A DNA stretch of 64,000 bases, taken from positions 1,235-65,234 of the forward strand of contig PKTK01000002.1 of assembly GCA_002869165.1 (NCBI GenBank). The letters are read 5' to 3'. This document shows positions 35,991 to 46,098 of the stretch, one piece after another. Source of the DNA: Candidatus Parcubacteria bacterium. Its GTDB lineage: Bacteria > Patescibacteriota > Patescibacteriia > Patescibacteriales > UBA12075. The notes under the pieces are model-generated. The model made no database searches. It saw nothing but the letters and a program-made list of their open reading frames with translations, and was not told where the DNA came from. The position numbers and the translations under genes are program-made. Position 1 is the stretch's first letter, and every line of letters begins with the position of its first letter.

Positions 35991-37265
35991 CTATTGTTCG
36001 TATTCTCTCATTGACAGCTGAGCTTCAATCTGCTTAACTGTTTCAATTACCACAGCTACCACAATTAGTAGTGAGGTGCCACCAATAGCTAGCGATTGCA
36101 TGCCTGTGAAATATCTCATGATTAATGGTAGTACGGCAATTATACCTAAAAACATAGCACCTACGAAAATAATCTTATGGGTAGTATTTGCTAAATATTC
36201 AGCAGTATGTCGACCTGGTCGGATACCTGGAATAAAACCGCCTTGCTTTTGCAAATTTTCAGCAATTTGATCAGGGTGGAAAACAACCTCTGTATAAAAA
36301 TATGTAAATGCAAATACAAGTAAGAAGTACATAACACCGTAAGCTAGTTGATTTTCAAAAAATGCAATCACCCAAGTAGCTGATGATGCTATCCAGGCAG
36401 TCTTAGCTCCAACAAAGAATTGAGCAATCATTGGAGGAAAAATAACCACTGAAATAGCAAAGATGATTGGAATAACTCCAGCCATATTTACTCTAAGTGG
36501 TAAATGTGAAGTTGTTCCACCATACATTCTATTTCCTCTGATTTGTTTAGCGTATTGAACTGGGATGTTTCTTTGCCCTTCAGTAATTATAACTACACCA
36601 ATGATAGTTATTAAAGCAATTGCTATAAATCCAATTATAGTCATTAAATCCTGAGGATTGTAGCCGGCAATAATTTGTTGAACTGCTCCAGGAAGACCCG
36701 CAATAATACCAGCAAATATTAACAATGAAATACCATTTCCTACTTTTCTTTCAGTAATCAATTCACCAATCCACATTAAAAATACAGTACCAGTAGTAAT
36801 AATAATAATTATAGAAACAAATTCAAAAATATTGATCTCACCCAAAATTCCAGTTGAAGATCTTTGAAGTAAAGTAATCATACCAAATGACTGCATGGCT
36901 GCCATTGGCACTGTTAACCATCGAGTCCACATGTTTATTTTTTGTCTACCTGATTCTTCCTTTTGCATTTCTTCAAGTGCTGGCACAATCATACCAAGTA
37001 ATTGAAAGATAATGGAGGCTGTAATATATGGAGCAATACCCATCATCACAATTGAAAAATTCTCCATACTTCCACCCGAAAACATGTTTAGTAATCCTAA
37101 AACTTGATTTTTACCAAAAAAATCCTGTAAAGCGCTTGTGTCTACGCCAGGTACAGGAATATGAGCAGCAAATCTGAAAATAACCAACATGGCCAACACA
37201 AAAAGTAGGTTATTTCTTAGGTCACGAGCTTTCCAGATTTGGATTAATTTGTTATATAAAGCCAT
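35991..37265 (-). CDS. secY: preprotein translocase subunit SecY
   Basis: 10-TM protein with typical SecY blocks (GIAPYITASIIFQLL, GGTSLLI). Confidence 0.95.
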   Translation of the reverse strand: MALYNKLIQIWKARDLRNNLLFVLAMLVIFRFAAHIPVPGVDTSALQDFFGKNQVLGLLNMFSGGSMENFSIVMMGIAPYITASIIFQLLGMIVPALEEMQKEESGRQKINMWTRWLTVPMAAMQSFGMITLLQRSSTGILGEINIFEFVSIIIIITTGTVFLMWIGELITERKVGNGISLLIFAGIIAGLPGAVQQIIAGYNPQDLMTIIGFIAIALITIIGVVIITEGQRNIPVQYAKQIRGNRMYGGTTSHLPLRVNMAGVIPIIFAISVVIFPPMIAQFFVGAKTAWIASSATWVIAFFENQLAYGVMYFLLVFAFTYFYTEVVFHPDQIAENLQKQGGFIPGIRPGRHTAEYLANTTHKIIFVGAMFLGIIAVLPLIMRYFTGMQSLAIGGTSLLIVVAVVIETVKQIEAQLSMREYEQ

Positions 37266-37307
37266 TTGTTTTTTTAAATAATATACTTCAATTATAGCAC
37301 AAAATGA

Positions 37308-37748
37308 TTATTTTAGCTCTGAACTTGCACTTTTTGCTGCTTCTTTGGCAGTTTCAGAGAATTTAACATTCTTAAATTGAAGGCCTTTCAAGGTTAATTT
37401 TCCTTGTCCTAAAATCTTTACATCTTTATTTTTATCATCAATTAGACCTTTAGCAAGTAGAGTGGTAGGGCTCACAATATCATTATCTTTAAAACTACTG
37501 CTAATTACATTCAAGTTTACAACTTGATTTTTGTCTTTCAAGGACTTAAAACCACGTTTTTTTGGAGGTCGAAGCAAAACTTGTTTCATACCTAAACGCT
37601 TCAAGTTTGAAACACCTGATCTTGCCTTTTGTCCTTTAAGACCTTTGCCACTATATGTGCCTGTTCCACTTGCATTACCGCGACCAATTCTCTTTCTGGT
37701 TTTTCCTGAACCTGCACCTGGCTTTATTGTATGTAGTGATATTGTCAT
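37308..37748 (-). CDS. rplO: 50S ribosomal protein L15
   Basis: KRIGRGNASGTGTYSGKGLKGQKARSG. Confidence 0.93.
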   Translation of the reverse strand: MTISLHTIKPGAGSGKTRKRIGRGNASGTGTYSGKGLKGQKARSGVSNLKRLGMKQVLLRPPKKRGFKSLKDKNQVVNLNVISSSFKDNDIVSPTTLLAKGLIDDKNKDVKILGQGKLTLKGLQFKNVKFSETAKEAAKSASSELK

Positions 37749-37757
37749 ATATTTTAT

Positions 37758-37857
37758 TTGTCATTTCGTAAGGAGTGAAACGACTAGAGAAATCTCTTGA
37801 ACATCATCAGTATTAAAACCGTCTAAGAGATCTATTCGCTTCGCTACGAGATGACAA
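37758..37857. mobile_element. 100-bp MITE-like element (TTGTCAT...ATGACAA) in the rpsE-rplO spacer, where rpmD normally sits
   Basis: ttgtcatttcgtaaggagtgaaacg ... ttcgcttcgctacgagatgacaa. Same family as 15362-15472 and 25646-25739. Confidence 0.7.
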
Positions 37858-37872
37858 GCAATTTGTAATCTT

Positions 37873-38607
37873 CTATTTTTTAATTTCTTTTTTTGGAGCT
37901 ACCTTCTTGGCAACTTTTTTCTCTTCTTCCTTAACTTCCTTTTTGTCTACTACTTTCTTGGTATTTTTTGGTTTCTTTACTTCTACTTTCTTTAATAAAT
38001 CAAGAGCTTCCATCAAACATTTAGCAATAGTAACTTTGTTGTTTGTGCCCAAATTCTTACTAGTAACATTGTTAAGGCCAACTAATTCAAGCATAGTTCT
38101 TATAGCACCACCAGCAATAACACCTTTACCAAGTCTTGCCGGTTTTAGTAATACCTTGCCAGCACCATATTTATGATAAATCTCATGTGGAATAGTCCCA
38201 TTTACAATTGAGATCTCAATCATAGCCTTTTTAGCATTATTAACAGCTTTATTTACAGCTACTGCTACATCCGCACCTTTGGCCATACCTAGGCCAATCT
38301 TTCCTTTTTTGTCACCAATAGCGACAGTAGCACGAAAACGCATACGTTTTCCACCAGCCATAACCCTGGTAACTCTTGCTATATCAATAACTCTTTGTTC
38401 GTATTCATCTCTTCTTTCTTGAGTTCTTCTTTGATTTTTCTTTTTCGCTGCACCCTTTTCTTGTCTTTTTCTAGCATACACTGACTCACCGATAGCTTTT
38501 TTAGTCTTATCAGTTTTTGCCTCAGCTTTAACTGGAGCTGCACTTTTGTCAGTTTTTGCTTCAGCTTTTTTAGCTTCAATCTTGTTTTTTTCTTCTGCCT
38601 TTGCCAT
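37873..38607 (-). CDS. rpsE: 30S ribosomal protein S5 with Lys/Ala/Glu-rich N- and C-terminal extensions
   Basis: Core VTRVMAGGKRMRFRATVAIGDKKGKIGLGMAKG; 244 aa. Confidence 0.93.
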   Translation of the reverse strand: MAKAEEKNKIEAKKAEAKTDKSAAPVKAEAKTDKTKKAIGESVYARKRQEKGAAKKKNQRRTQERRDEYEQRVIDIARVTRVMAGGKRMRFRATVAIGDKKGKIGLGMAKGADVAVAVNKAVNNAKKAMIEISIVNGTIPHEIYHKYGAGKVLLKPARLGKGVIAGGAIRTMLELVGLNNVTSKNLGTNNKVTIAKCLMEALDLLKKVEVKKPKNTKKVVDKKEVKEEEKKVAKKVAPKKEIKK

Positions 38608-38625
38608 AAAAAATATTTAAAAATT

Positions 38626-38982
38626 TTAGAATTTAAGTCCACCTTCACGAGCGCCCTCTGCTACAGCTTTAACTCGTCCGTGATAAATATATGAACCTCT
38701 GTCAAAAATTACTTCGCTCACTTTTTTAGCTTGAGCTTTTTTTGCTATTTCCTTTCCTACCTCTGTAGCAATCTCAGTTTTATTAGCTTTTTTATTTTTA
38801 ATATCTCTAGAATGTACACTAGCTAATGTTTCGCCTTTTTCATCATTTATCAATTGAACATAAATAGAAGTGTTAGTTCTACACACATTCAATCTTGGTC
38901 TTTTAGCTGTACCAAAAATCTGAGATCTTGTTCGATTCTTTCTTCTTAGTTTTCTTCTGTTTTTAGCTATTATTTTATTCAT
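38626..38982 (-). CDS. rplR: 50S ribosomal protein L18
   Basis: RPRLNVCRTNTSIYVQLIND...FDRGSYIYHGRVKA. Confidence 0.93.
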   Translation of the reverse strand: MNKIIAKNRRKLRRKNRTRSQIFGTAKRPRLNVCRTNTSIYVQLINDEKGETLASVHSRDIKNKKANKTEIATEVGKEIAKKAQAKKVSEVIFDRGSYIYHGRVKAVAEGAREGGLKF

Positions 38983-39000
38983 ATATTATAATTTATTTTA

Positions 39001-39546
39001 CTATTCACCTTTTCCAGCAGTCTTACCTTCTTTTCTTTGAATGATTTCATCAATATATTTAATACCTTTTCCTTTGTAAGGCTCTGGTTTTCTTAATTTT
39101 CTAATTCTAGCAGCTGTTTCACCAACTAATTGTTTGTCGAAACCTGAAATAGTAATAATATTTCCTTCTACTGCTGCTGTAATTCCCTCAGGAAGTTCAA
39201 ATTCAACTGGATGAGAAAAACCTAAATTAAGATTCAATTTCTTTCCGCTAGCTGCAACTCTATAACCAACTCCATTTACTTCAAGTTTTTTTTCATAACC
39301 CTCTGTAACACCAGTAATCATGTTGTTTACTAATGATCTATAAAGACCCCAAAATGATCTCTCTTTTTTATTGTCTGGTTTAGCCACACTCACAGAAACC
39401 TCTTTTTCTGTTACTTCAACTTTTACCAAATCGCTTAACTTTTGTTTTAGTTCGCCTTTTGGTCCTTTTACAGTAATAAAAGTCTTGTCGATTTTTACAT
39501 CAACTCCTGCTGGTATTTCAATTGGTAATTTTCCTAAACGTGACAT
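39001..39546 (-). CDS. rplF: 50S ribosomal protein L6
   Basis: MSRLGKLPIEIPAGV...VKGPKGEL. Confidence 0.93.
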   Translation of the reverse strand: MSRLGKLPIEIPAGVDVKIDKTFITVKGPKGELKQKLSDLVKVEVTEKEVSVSVAKPDNKKERSFWGLYRSLVNNMITGVTEGYEKKLEVNGVGYRVAASGKKLNLNLGFSHPVEFELPEGITAAVEGNIITISGFDKQLVGETAARIRKLRKPEPYKGKGIKYIDEIIQRKEGKTAGKGE

Positions 39547-39647
39547 TTTATTTTAGTGGGAAACTTGGAATTCTTGAGATCCTTGGGATTCTTGAAAAAC
39601 TGTCTCAAAATTCCTAAGATCTCAACACTCTTAAGCATCCTAATTAT
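39547..39647. repeat. operon-spacer hairpin element, family C (CTTGGGAT / CTTAAG words)
   Basis: ttgagatccttgggattcttgaaa faces tctcaaaattcctaagatctcaa. Homologous to 42256-42363. Confidence 0.65.
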
Positions 39648-40061
39648 TTAATATACTTCACAAAGAACTTCCCCTCCCAAGCCTTTCTTTCTGGCTTCTT
39701 TATTGGTCATTAAACCTTGTGGAGTTGAAATAACTGCGATTCCCAAATTATTCAAAACTTTTGGAAGATTTTCCTTATTTACGTAAATACGTAAACCTGG
39801 TTTAGAAATTCTTCTTATTCTAGTAATAGCAGACTTTCCGCTTTTTTTGTATTTTAGGGTAATCTTTAATTCTTTGAAACTTGTTTTTGACTTACCTCTA
39901 GGTGCTGATTCTTCTACGCTCACCTCTTGAACCCAGCCTTCCTTAGCTAAAATTTTTGCAAGTTCATGCTTAACTTTGCTCATAGGTAAAACAACATCAA
40001 ACTTATTAACAGCTGAAGCGTTTCTTATTCTTGTTAGCATGTCTGCGATTGGATCAGTCAT
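39648..40061 (-). CDS. rpsH: 30S ribosomal protein S8
   Basis: MTDPIADMLTRIRNA. Confidence 0.95.
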   Translation of the reverse strand: MTDPIADMLTRIRNASAVNKFDVVLPMSKVKHELAKILAKEGWVQEVSVEESAPRGKSKTSFKELKITLKYKKSGKSAITRIRRISKPGLRIYVNKENLPKVLNNLGIAVISTPQGLMTNKEARKKGLGGEVLCEVY

Positions 40062-40185
40062 AATATTATTATTTAATCATAGTGCAAATCTACAAACGAA
40101 ATGCAAATCTACAAATTTATACTATCTACATTTAAAAATTATTTTCATGTGCCCCATTTATGGCGGAGCTCCGCAAAGCGGATAA
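40062..40185. repeat. operon-spacer element related to family B
   Basis: After the upstream stop (minus strand): CCGC-tttg-CGG mini-hairpin, CCGCCATAAATGGGGC, then repeated GTAGATTTGCA words. Confidence 0.55.
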
Positions 40186-40371
40186 CTACCAGCTAGATCT
40201 AGTTACTCCTGGCAAATCACCATTTTCCGCAAGTTCTCTAAAACAAATACGGCACAGGTCAAAATCTCTCATATATCCATGATTTCTGCCACATCTCCAA
40301 CATCTTCTTACTATTCTAGTTGAATATTTTGGTTTTCTTTTCGCTTTTGCGATTAATGCTTTTCTAGCCAT
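40186..40371 (-). CDS. rpsN: 30S ribosomal protein S14, zinc-binding short type
   Basis: 61 aa, CWRCGR...CRIC. Confidence 0.93.
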   Translation of the reverse strand: MARKALIAKAKRKPKYSTRIVRRCWRCGRNHGYMRDFDLCRICFRELAENGDLPGVTRSSW

Positions 40372-40382
40372 GTATTTAAAAA

Positions 40383-40934
40383 TTATTTTTTATCTTCTTC
40401 TTTCTTAAATGGAAATCCCATTAGATCAAACAGTTCTTTTCCTTCTTCTTTGGTTTTTGCACTAGTTACTATAGTAACTTCTAGGCCAAAAACATTATCA
40501 ATTTCATCAGCTTGAATTTCAGGAAAAGCAGTATGCTCCTTGAATCCAATATTTAAATTACCACATTTATCAATATTCTTTGCATCAATTCCTCTAAAAT
40601 CTCTAACTCTTGGGAATGTTACATTAACCAATCTTTCCAAAAAGTCATACATCCTTTCTCTTCTAAGTATCACTGAAGCTCCAACTACCATTCCTTCTCT
40701 GATTTTAAAAGCTGAAATTGATTTTTTAGCTTTAGTTAAAACTGGTTTTTGACCTGAAATTCTAGTTAAAGCATTTACCACATTCTCAATATAAGCTTTT
40801 TCCTTACTGTGTCTACCCATCCCTACATTAATTACTACTTTTTCAACTTTAGGTATTTCAAGAACATTAGAGTAAGCGAACTTCTCTTTTAGTTTCTTGG
40901 TTATTTCTTTTTTGTATAAATCTTTTAATTTCAT
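40383..40934 (-). CDS. rplE: 50S ribosomal protein L5
   Basis: LKDLYKKEI...NVGMG...FPEI. Confidence 0.93.
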   Translation of the reverse strand: MKLKDLYKKEITKKLKEKFAYSNVLEIPKVEKVVINVGMGRHSKEKAYIENVVNALTRISGQKPVLTKAKKSISAFKIREGMVVGASVILRRERMYDFLERLVNVTFPRVRDFRGIDAKNIDKCGNLNIGFKEHTAFPEIQADEIDNVFGLEVTIVTSAKTKEEGKELFDLMGFPFKKEEDKK

Positions 40935-41043
40935 AATTGTTTTATAATCCTAATACTACAAATGATATCCGAATACTACAAATCTATTTTCTTAAACATT
41001 CGGATATGCCCCGTTTGTAGTTGGGGCTCGCTGAAGGCGATAA
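40935..41043. repeat. operon-spacer element, family B (ATATCCGAAT ... ATTCGGATAT)
   Basis: About 80 percent identical by eye to 43915-44024. Minus strand: mini-hairpin TCGC-cttca-GCGA, GCCCCAACTACAAACGGGGC, then a 10-bp inverted repeat ATATCCGAAT/ATTCGGATAT. Confidence 0.75.
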
Positions 41044-41364
41044 CTAATCTACTACTTGATCACATTTCTTACAAACTCTGAATTTTTTCTTACCTTTAGA
41101 TCCTTCGTTTGTTTGGTGACCTATTCTAGTTGGTTTTGAACATTTAGGACAAACCAACATCACATTTGAAATATTCATTGCAGCCGGGAATTCAATTCTT
41201 TGCCCTTTTTCACCTTGTCTTCTTGGTCTCATGTGCTTAATAGACAAATTCAAACCTTCCACGCTAACACGGTTTCTATCTGTGAAAATTTGCAAAACCT
41301 TGCCTGTTTTTCCTTGGTCTTTACCAGCTAAAATTATTACTTTGTCACCTTTCTTAATATTCAT
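41044..41364 (-). CDS. rplX: 50S ribosomal protein L24 (with C-terminal zinc-ribbon-like CPKC...CKKC)
   Basis: IKKGDKVIILAGKDQGKTGKV KOW motif. Confidence 0.92.
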   Translation of the reverse strand: MNIKKGDKVIILAGKDQGKTGKVLQIFTDRNRVSVEGLNLSIKHMRPRRQGEKGQRIEFPAAMNISNVMLVCPKCSKPTRIGHQTNEGSKGKKKFRVCKKCDQVVD

Positions 41365-41368
41365 AGTT

Positions 41369-41517
41369 CTACGAATTACGAATCCGTTACGAATTTACGA
41401 ATCCGCTTATTTAATCTCTTTGATTATTTTATAACTAATTTTTATTTTGGCCTTTAATACTCCTCAATACATTTATTAAAATTATTCGTAAATTCGTACA
41501 GTTTCGTATTTTTGTAG
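41369..41517. repeat. operon-spacer long hairpin element, family A (TACGAAT words)
   Basis: 34-nt arms at 41369-41402 and 41484-41517 (15 bp perfect TACGAATTTACGAAT/ATTCGTAAATTCGTA) with an 81-nt loop. Paralog at 43077-43226. Confidence 0.8.
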
Positions 41518-41526
41518 CCTATTTTT

Positions 41527-41898
41527 TTACAATACTTCTGGAGCCAAACTTGCAATCTTGAAAAAGCCTGCTCTTCTCACTTCTCTGGCGATTGGGCCAA
41601 AAATACGAGTTGCTTTTGGTTCCTTTTTCTCTTTATCAATAATTACACAAGCATTTTCATCAAATCTTAAATATGTGCCATCCTTTCTTCTAATTTCTTT
41701 TTTGGTTCTTACTACTACAGCATGCAAAACGTCACCTTTTTTAATAGCTGTATGTGGGGTCGCTTGCTTAACAGTTACTGTGATTATTTCACCCACTCCA
41801 GCATATCTTTTCTTATATCCACCCAAAACCCTGATACACTGTACTTTACGTGCTCCTGAATTGTCCGCTACTTTAATTTTTGATTCTACTTGTATCAT
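41527..41898 (-). CDS. rplN: 50S ribosomal protein L14
   Basis: [27 protein letters not shown]. Confidence 0.95.
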   Translation of the reverse strand: MIQVESKIKVADNSGARKVQCIRVLGGYKKRYAGVGEIITVTVKQATPHTAIKKGDVLHAVVVRTKKEIRRKDGTYLRFDENACVIIDKEKKEPKATRIFGPIAREVRRAGFFKIASLAPEVL

Positions 41899-41961
41899 AT
41901 AAATTAGTTTAAAGTTGAAAGTAAAAAACTTTTTAACTTTATAAACTTTTTAACTTTCTGC

Positions 41962-42255
41962 TTATTTAATTACTCTCCATCTTTTATTCTTGCTCATTGG
42001 GCGACATTCAGTAAATGTTACTTTATCACCTTCTTTAAACTCATTTTTTTCATCATGGCATTTATATTTCTTGGAAACTGTATATCTTTTTTTGTATTTT
42101 GGATGCACCACAACTCTGTCTACTCTAACAACAACTGTTTTATCCATTTTGTCAGACACAACAACACCGTGAAATTTCTTTCTGATAACTTCCTTTTGTT
42201 TGTGCTCAACTTTTTTTGGAGTTGCTTTCTTGGTTGTTTTTTTCTTCTCTGCCAT
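41962..42255 (-). CDS. rpsQ: 30S ribosomal protein S17
   Basis: [28 protein letters not shown]. Confidence 0.93.
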   Translation of the reverse strand: MAEKKKTTKKATPKKVEHKQKEVIRKKFHGVVVSDKMDKTVVVRVDRVVVHPKYKKRYTVSKKYKCHDEKNEFKEGDKVTFTECRPMSKNKRWRVIK

Positions 42256-42363
42256 TTTTTTATATGTGACTTTCGGAACCCTTGGGATCCTTGGGACTTT
42301 TGAAATTATATCTCAAGAGTCCTAAGGATCTCAACAATCCTAATGGTCTTATCTTAATTTAAA
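42256..42363. repeat. operon-spacer hairpin element, family C
   Basis: cttgggatccttgggacttttgaaa faces tctcaagagtcctaaggatctcaa. Confidence 0.65.
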
Positions 42364-42594
42364 CTATTTATTTTCTTTATTTTCTACTTTAGTTTCAGTT
42401 TTCACTTCTTTCTTGTTTGCATTTAAAAGTGTCATAATCTGAGCTACGGTTACCTTGATCTTTCTAATCTCTCTTACATCTTTAAGTTGTTTATTCGCAT
42501 CCTTAAATCTAAGATCTCTTAGCTTGTCACGAGACTCAGCCAAAATCCTATGTAATTCTGTTTCAGTTTTCTTTTTTAATTCTTTAATATCCAT
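42364..42594 (-). CDS. rpmC: 50S ribosomal protein L29
   Basis: Start at MDIKELKKKTETEL (Met11 of the track ORF). Confidence 0.88.
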   Translation of the reverse strand: MDIKELKKKTETELHRILAESRDKLRDLRFKDANKQLKDVREIRKIKVTVAQIMTLLNANKKEVKTETKVENKENK

Positions 42595-42662
42595 ATACAA
42601 TATATTTATTCGTATGTGCGACATCCTTTAGTTAAAATAATAGTGTCGCGCTTCAAAAATAA

Positions 42663-43067
42663 TTATTTTTTGACAACTTTACACTTCACTGGAAGTTTGT
42701 AAGCGGCTAATCTCATTGCCTCTACAGCCATCTTTTCTTCAACACCATCCATTTCAAACATGATCATGCCAGGTTTTACTACTGCTACATAGTGATCAAC
42801 AGCACCTTTACCTTTACCCATAGGCATTTCACCACCTTTGGCTGTTACCGGTTTGTCGGGAAAAATTCTGATCCATATTTTACCACCACGCTTCGTATAT
42901 CTAGTCATAACTCTTCTAGCAGCTTCAATTTGACGTGATGAAACCCAGCAAGGCTCCATAGTTTTTAGTGCATATTGACCAAAGCTAATGGTAAGCTTTC
43001 TAGAAGCTTTTCCGCCTCTTCTGCCTTTATGTGATTTTCTGTATTTAGTTTTCTTTGGCATTAACAT
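42663..43067 (-). CDS. rplP: 50S ribosomal protein L16
   Basis: [16 protein letters not shown]. Confidence 0.95.
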   Translation of the reverse strand: MLMPKKTKYRKSHKGRRGGKASRKLTISFGQYALKTMEPCWVSSRQIEAARRVMTRYTKRGGKIWIRIFPDKPVTAKGGEMPMGKGKGAVDHYVAVVKPGMIMFEMDGVEEKMAVEAMRLAAYKLPVKCKVVKK

Positions 43068-43076
43068 ATTTGTCTC

Positions 43077-43226
43077 CTACGAATTACGAATCCTTTGCGA
43101 ATTTACGAATCCATCTATTTAATCTATTTGATTATTTTATAAACTATTTATTTTAAATTGCTAGAAAATACTTCCAGGTACTACGCAAATTTATTCGTAA
43201 ATTCGTACCGATTCGTATTTTCGTAG
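43077..43226. repeat. operon-spacer long hairpin element, family A (paralog of 41369-41517)
   Basis: 34-nt arms at 43077-43110 and 43193-43226 with an 82-nt loop. The loop shares ttataaaataatcaaa.agattaaata with the other copy. The right arm abuts the TAG stop of rpsC. Confidence 0.8.
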
Positions 43227-43227
43227 C

Positions 43228-43914
43228 CTATTTTTTCTTTCCGATTACTTCTCCTTTTTTATCGTCTGTTTTTTCAAATTTATCACCTTTATAAATCCAA
43301 ACTTTGATTCCGATCACACCGTAAGTGGTATTAGCAATACCTCTGGCATAGTCAATATCAGCTCTTAGAGTATGAAGTGGAATCTTGCCACTGGTCAACA
43401 TTTCTGATCTGGCAATTTCAGCACCATTCAATCTTCCTGATACAATCACTTTCACTCCTAAGGCGCCAGCTCTTTCTACTCTAGACATAGTTTGCTTCAT
43501 TACTCTTCTAAATGGCATACGCTTTTCTAGATCTAAAGCCATAAGTTGTACGTTAATCTGTGCGCTCAAGTTAGGTCTATCGAATTCGTAAATATTTAGA
43601 TTTATATTGCCTGGTTTATAATTTTTTAAAAATTTAGTATGAACTTTTTTCTTTAAATCATCAGCACCTGAACCACCTCTACCAATAATAATTCCTGGTT
43701 TTGCTGTATAGATTCCTACATTAACTTTTTTAGCATCTCTTTCAACCTCTACCCTGTCGACACCAGCTTCTCTTAATTCTTTCATTAAAAACCTTCTCAT
43801 AGCAACGTCTTGCTGAACGTTCTTGCTATAGTCTTTTCCGCTGGCATACCATTTTGATGGCCATGCTTTACTTACACCGATTCTAAAAATTTTTGGATTA
43901 ATCTTTTTTCCCAT
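43228..43914 (-). CDS. rpsC: 30S ribosomal protein S3
   Basis: [15 protein letters not shown] domain, [10 protein letters not shown]. Confidence 0.95.
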   Translation of the reverse strand: MGKKINPKIFRIGVSKAWPSKWYASGKDYSKNVQQDVAMRRFLMKELREAGVDRVEVERDAKKVNVGIYTAKPGIIIGRGGSGADDLKKKVHTKFLKNYKPGNINLNIYEFDRPNLSAQINVQLMALDLEKRMPFRRVMKQTMSRVERAGALGVKVIVSGRLNGAEIARSEMLTSGKIPLHTLRADIDYARGIANTTYGVIGIKVWIYKGDKFEKTDDKKGEVIGKKK

Positions 43915-44024
43915 ATTTTTATAATACGAATACTACTAATTATATCCGAATACTACGAACCTTTTTTATAAATCAATTCGGATATGCCCTGTTCGTAGTT
44001 AGGGCTTCCCGAAGGAAACATCAT
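43915..44024. repeat. operon-spacer element, family B (paralog of 40935-41043)
   Basis: Minus strand: TTCC-UUCG-GGAA tetraloop hairpin right after the rplV stop, GCCCTAACTACGAACAGGGC, then the ATATCCGAAT/ATTCGGATAT inverted repeat. Confidence 0.75.
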
Positions 44025-44600
44025 TTAACCGCTTTTTCTTCTGAAAACTTTTGACCCAAATCCCTTAGTGCTAGTTCCTTCGATCTTGGTATTTTTACCT
44101 TTTCCTTCTCCTCTTGGATCAACTATTTTTTTTCCTTTTTCTTCAGTATTTTTTTTATCTTTTTCTTTCTTGGTTTTAAGCTTAGCGTCTCCTTCTTCTT
44201 TTGCCTTAGCTCCCAATGAAATTGGGGCTTCAATTGTTTGTTTCTTTGCTTCCTTTGCGCCTGAATCAACTAGCTCGCCTAAAATTAAATTTATATGTGA
44301 AGTTCTCTTTCTAATAGGAGTGGCTCTTCCTCTTGCTCTTGGCATCCATCTTTTCATGGTTACACCTTCATCAACTTTGATTTCTTTCACGAATAAATTA
44401 GTTTCATTAAGTTCATATGTATTTACAGCATTAGCAATTCCTGACTTAATAAGCTTAGCAACTACTTCTGTTGCTTTCTTATTCATAAACTTTAATTGAT
44501 TCAAAGCATCATCAACTTTTGCACCACGAACCACATCCACAACCAATCGTGCTTTTCTTGGTGAAATTCTTACATTTTTTACGCTTGCTTTAACTTCCAT
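44025..44600 (-). CDS. rplV: 50S ribosomal protein L22 with a Lys-rich C-terminal extension
   Basis: RISPRKARLVVDVVRG core; 191 aa. Confidence 0.92.
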   Translation of the reverse strand: MEVKASVKNVRISPRKARLVVDVVRGAKVDDALNQLKFMNKKATEVVAKLIKSGIANAVNTYELNETNLFVKEIKVDEGVTMKRWMPRARGRATPIRKRTSHINLILGELVDSGAKEAKKQTIEAPISLGAKAKEEGDAKLKTKKEKDKKNTEEKGKKIVDPRGEGKGKNTKIEGTSTKGFGSKVFRRKSG

Positions 44601-44709
44601 GATATTTTAGTTAGATTCTTAGGCTTCTTAAGGCCCTTTGGATTATTGAAAATCTTTTTTTCAAAAATCCCAAGAGTCTTAAAAGTCTTAAGGGTCTTTT
44701 TATAATTAC
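44601..44709. repeat. operon-spacer hairpin element, family C-like
   Basis: gattcttaggcttcttaaggccctttggatt faces aatcccaagagtcttaaaagtcttaagggtc. Confidence 0.6.
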
Positions 44710-44985
44710 TTATTTTTGAGTCTTGGCCATTTTACCGCCATGACTTACAAATTTTCTAGTGTGAGCAAACTCACCAAATTTATGTCCTACCATATTCTCT
44801 ACAACCGTAACATTTATATGTTGTCTGCCGTTGTGTACACCAAAAGTAAACCCAACCATCTCTGGAGTTACAGTACATGATCTATCCCAAACCTTAATAA
44901 CTGTTTTGTCATTAGGCTGCATATTCTTTACTTTATTTAGTAACCTTTCGTTTACGTAAGGTCCTTTCTTTAAACTTCTTGGCAT
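44710..44985 (-). CDS. rpsS: 30S ribosomal protein S19
   Basis: [11 protein letters not shown]...GHKFGEF. Confidence 0.95.
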   Translation of the reverse strand: MPRSLKKGPYVNERLLNKVKNMQPNDKTVIKVWDRSCTVTPEMVGFTFGVHNGRQHINVTVVENMVGHKFGEFAHTRKFVSHGGKMAKTQK

Positions 44986-45000
44986 AATATTATTTCTAAA

Positions 45001-45158
45001 CTAATACGCGAATTAATTACTAATTTACGAATTCTATTTCTATAGCTTCTATCCCTTTATTTTATTTTTTAATAACCTGCTTTATCTTACGAATTTACTA
45101 ACTCTATCAAAGGAAATATTTAATAGTATTAGTAAATTCGTAAGCAATTAGTTATTAG
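45001..45158. repeat. operon-spacer hairpin element, family A-like (TACGAAT / TACTAAT words)
   Basis: Perfect 16-bp pairing between cttacgaatttactaa (45086-45101) and ttagtaaattcgtaag (45129-45144). The outer arms 45001-45032 / 45127-45158 are imperfect. Confidence 0.7.
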
Positions 45159-45166
45159 TTTAGGAT

Positions 45167-46012
45167 TTATCTTTTTTTCTTACTTGATTTTCTTCTAATA
45201 ATCAGTTTATCACTTGGACGATTTTTCTTTCTGGTCTTAACTCCTAGAGCTGGTTTACCCCATGGAGTTTTTGGATGTTTCAAACCGATAGGTTGGTTAC
45301 CTTCACCACCACCATGTGGGTGATCGACTGGATTCATAGCTGTACCACGAACCACTGGTCTCCAGCCTAACTTTCTTTTTCTGCCGGCACTTCCTAGTTT
45401 AATATGTCTTTTATCAGGATTACTTGCTTGACCAACAGTACACATACATTCTTTTTTGATCAATCTAATTTCTCCTGAAGGCATTTTTATTTGTGCGTAT
45501 TTATCTTCTACACCCATCACTTGAACACTGTTTCCTGCTCCTCTAGCAATCTTTGCTCCAAAACCTGGCTCAAGTTCTACATTATAGATATCAACTCCAG
45601 CAATTAAAAATTTTACTGGTAAAGCATTTCCTGCTTTGATCTCAATCTTTTTTCTTGAGCTTAAAATTGTTTCACCAACTTTTAAACCTATTGGTGAAAT
45701 AATATATCTTTTTTCACCATCAGCATAATGAAGTAATGCTATTCTAGCACCTCTGTTTGGATCATATTCGATAGAAGCAACTTTAGCTGGAATGTCATAT
45801 TTATCTCTTTTGAAATCAATTATTCTAAGAGCTCTTTTCACTCCTCCGCCTCTATGTCTAATTGTAATTCTTCCTTGAGAGTTTCTTCCGCTGATTTTCT
45901 TTTTGGCTTTTACCAATCTTTTTTCCGGTGTTGTTTTTGTAATATCTACAAAATCATCAAATCTTGCTTGACGTCTTCCCGGGGTTGTAGGTTTTACTCT
46001 TTTAACTGCCAT
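45167..46012 (-). CDS. rplB: 50S ribosomal protein L2
   Basis: [21 protein letters not shown]. Confidence 0.96.
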   Translation of the reverse strand: MAVKRVKPTTPGRRQARFDDFVDITKTTPEKRLVKAKKKISGRNSQGRITIRHRGGGVKRALRIIDFKRDKYDIPAKVASIEYDPNRGARIALLHYADGEKRYIISPIGLKVGETILSSRKKIEIKAGNALPVKFLIAGVDIYNVELEPGFGAKIARGAGNSVQVMGVEDKYAQIKMPSGEIRLIKKECMCTVGQASNPDKRHIKLGSAGRKRKLGWRPVVRGTAMNPVDHPHGGGEGNQPIGLKHPKTPWGKPALGVKTRKKNRPSDKLIIRRKSSKKKR

Positions 46013-46098
46013 TGTATTTATAATTTTTGCGATAATGTATTAACAATCTCATTCTCCGCAAATAATTTTTAATTCTTAATTATTAATTCTTAATTGAA

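Noticed and set aside
38379-38648. ORF 38379..38648 (-) and similar alternative-frame ORFs such as 47625..47840 and 50958..51164
   Set aside because: They overlap well-supported ribosomal or fusA coding sequence in another frame and have low-complexity Lys-rich products. They are frame shadows.
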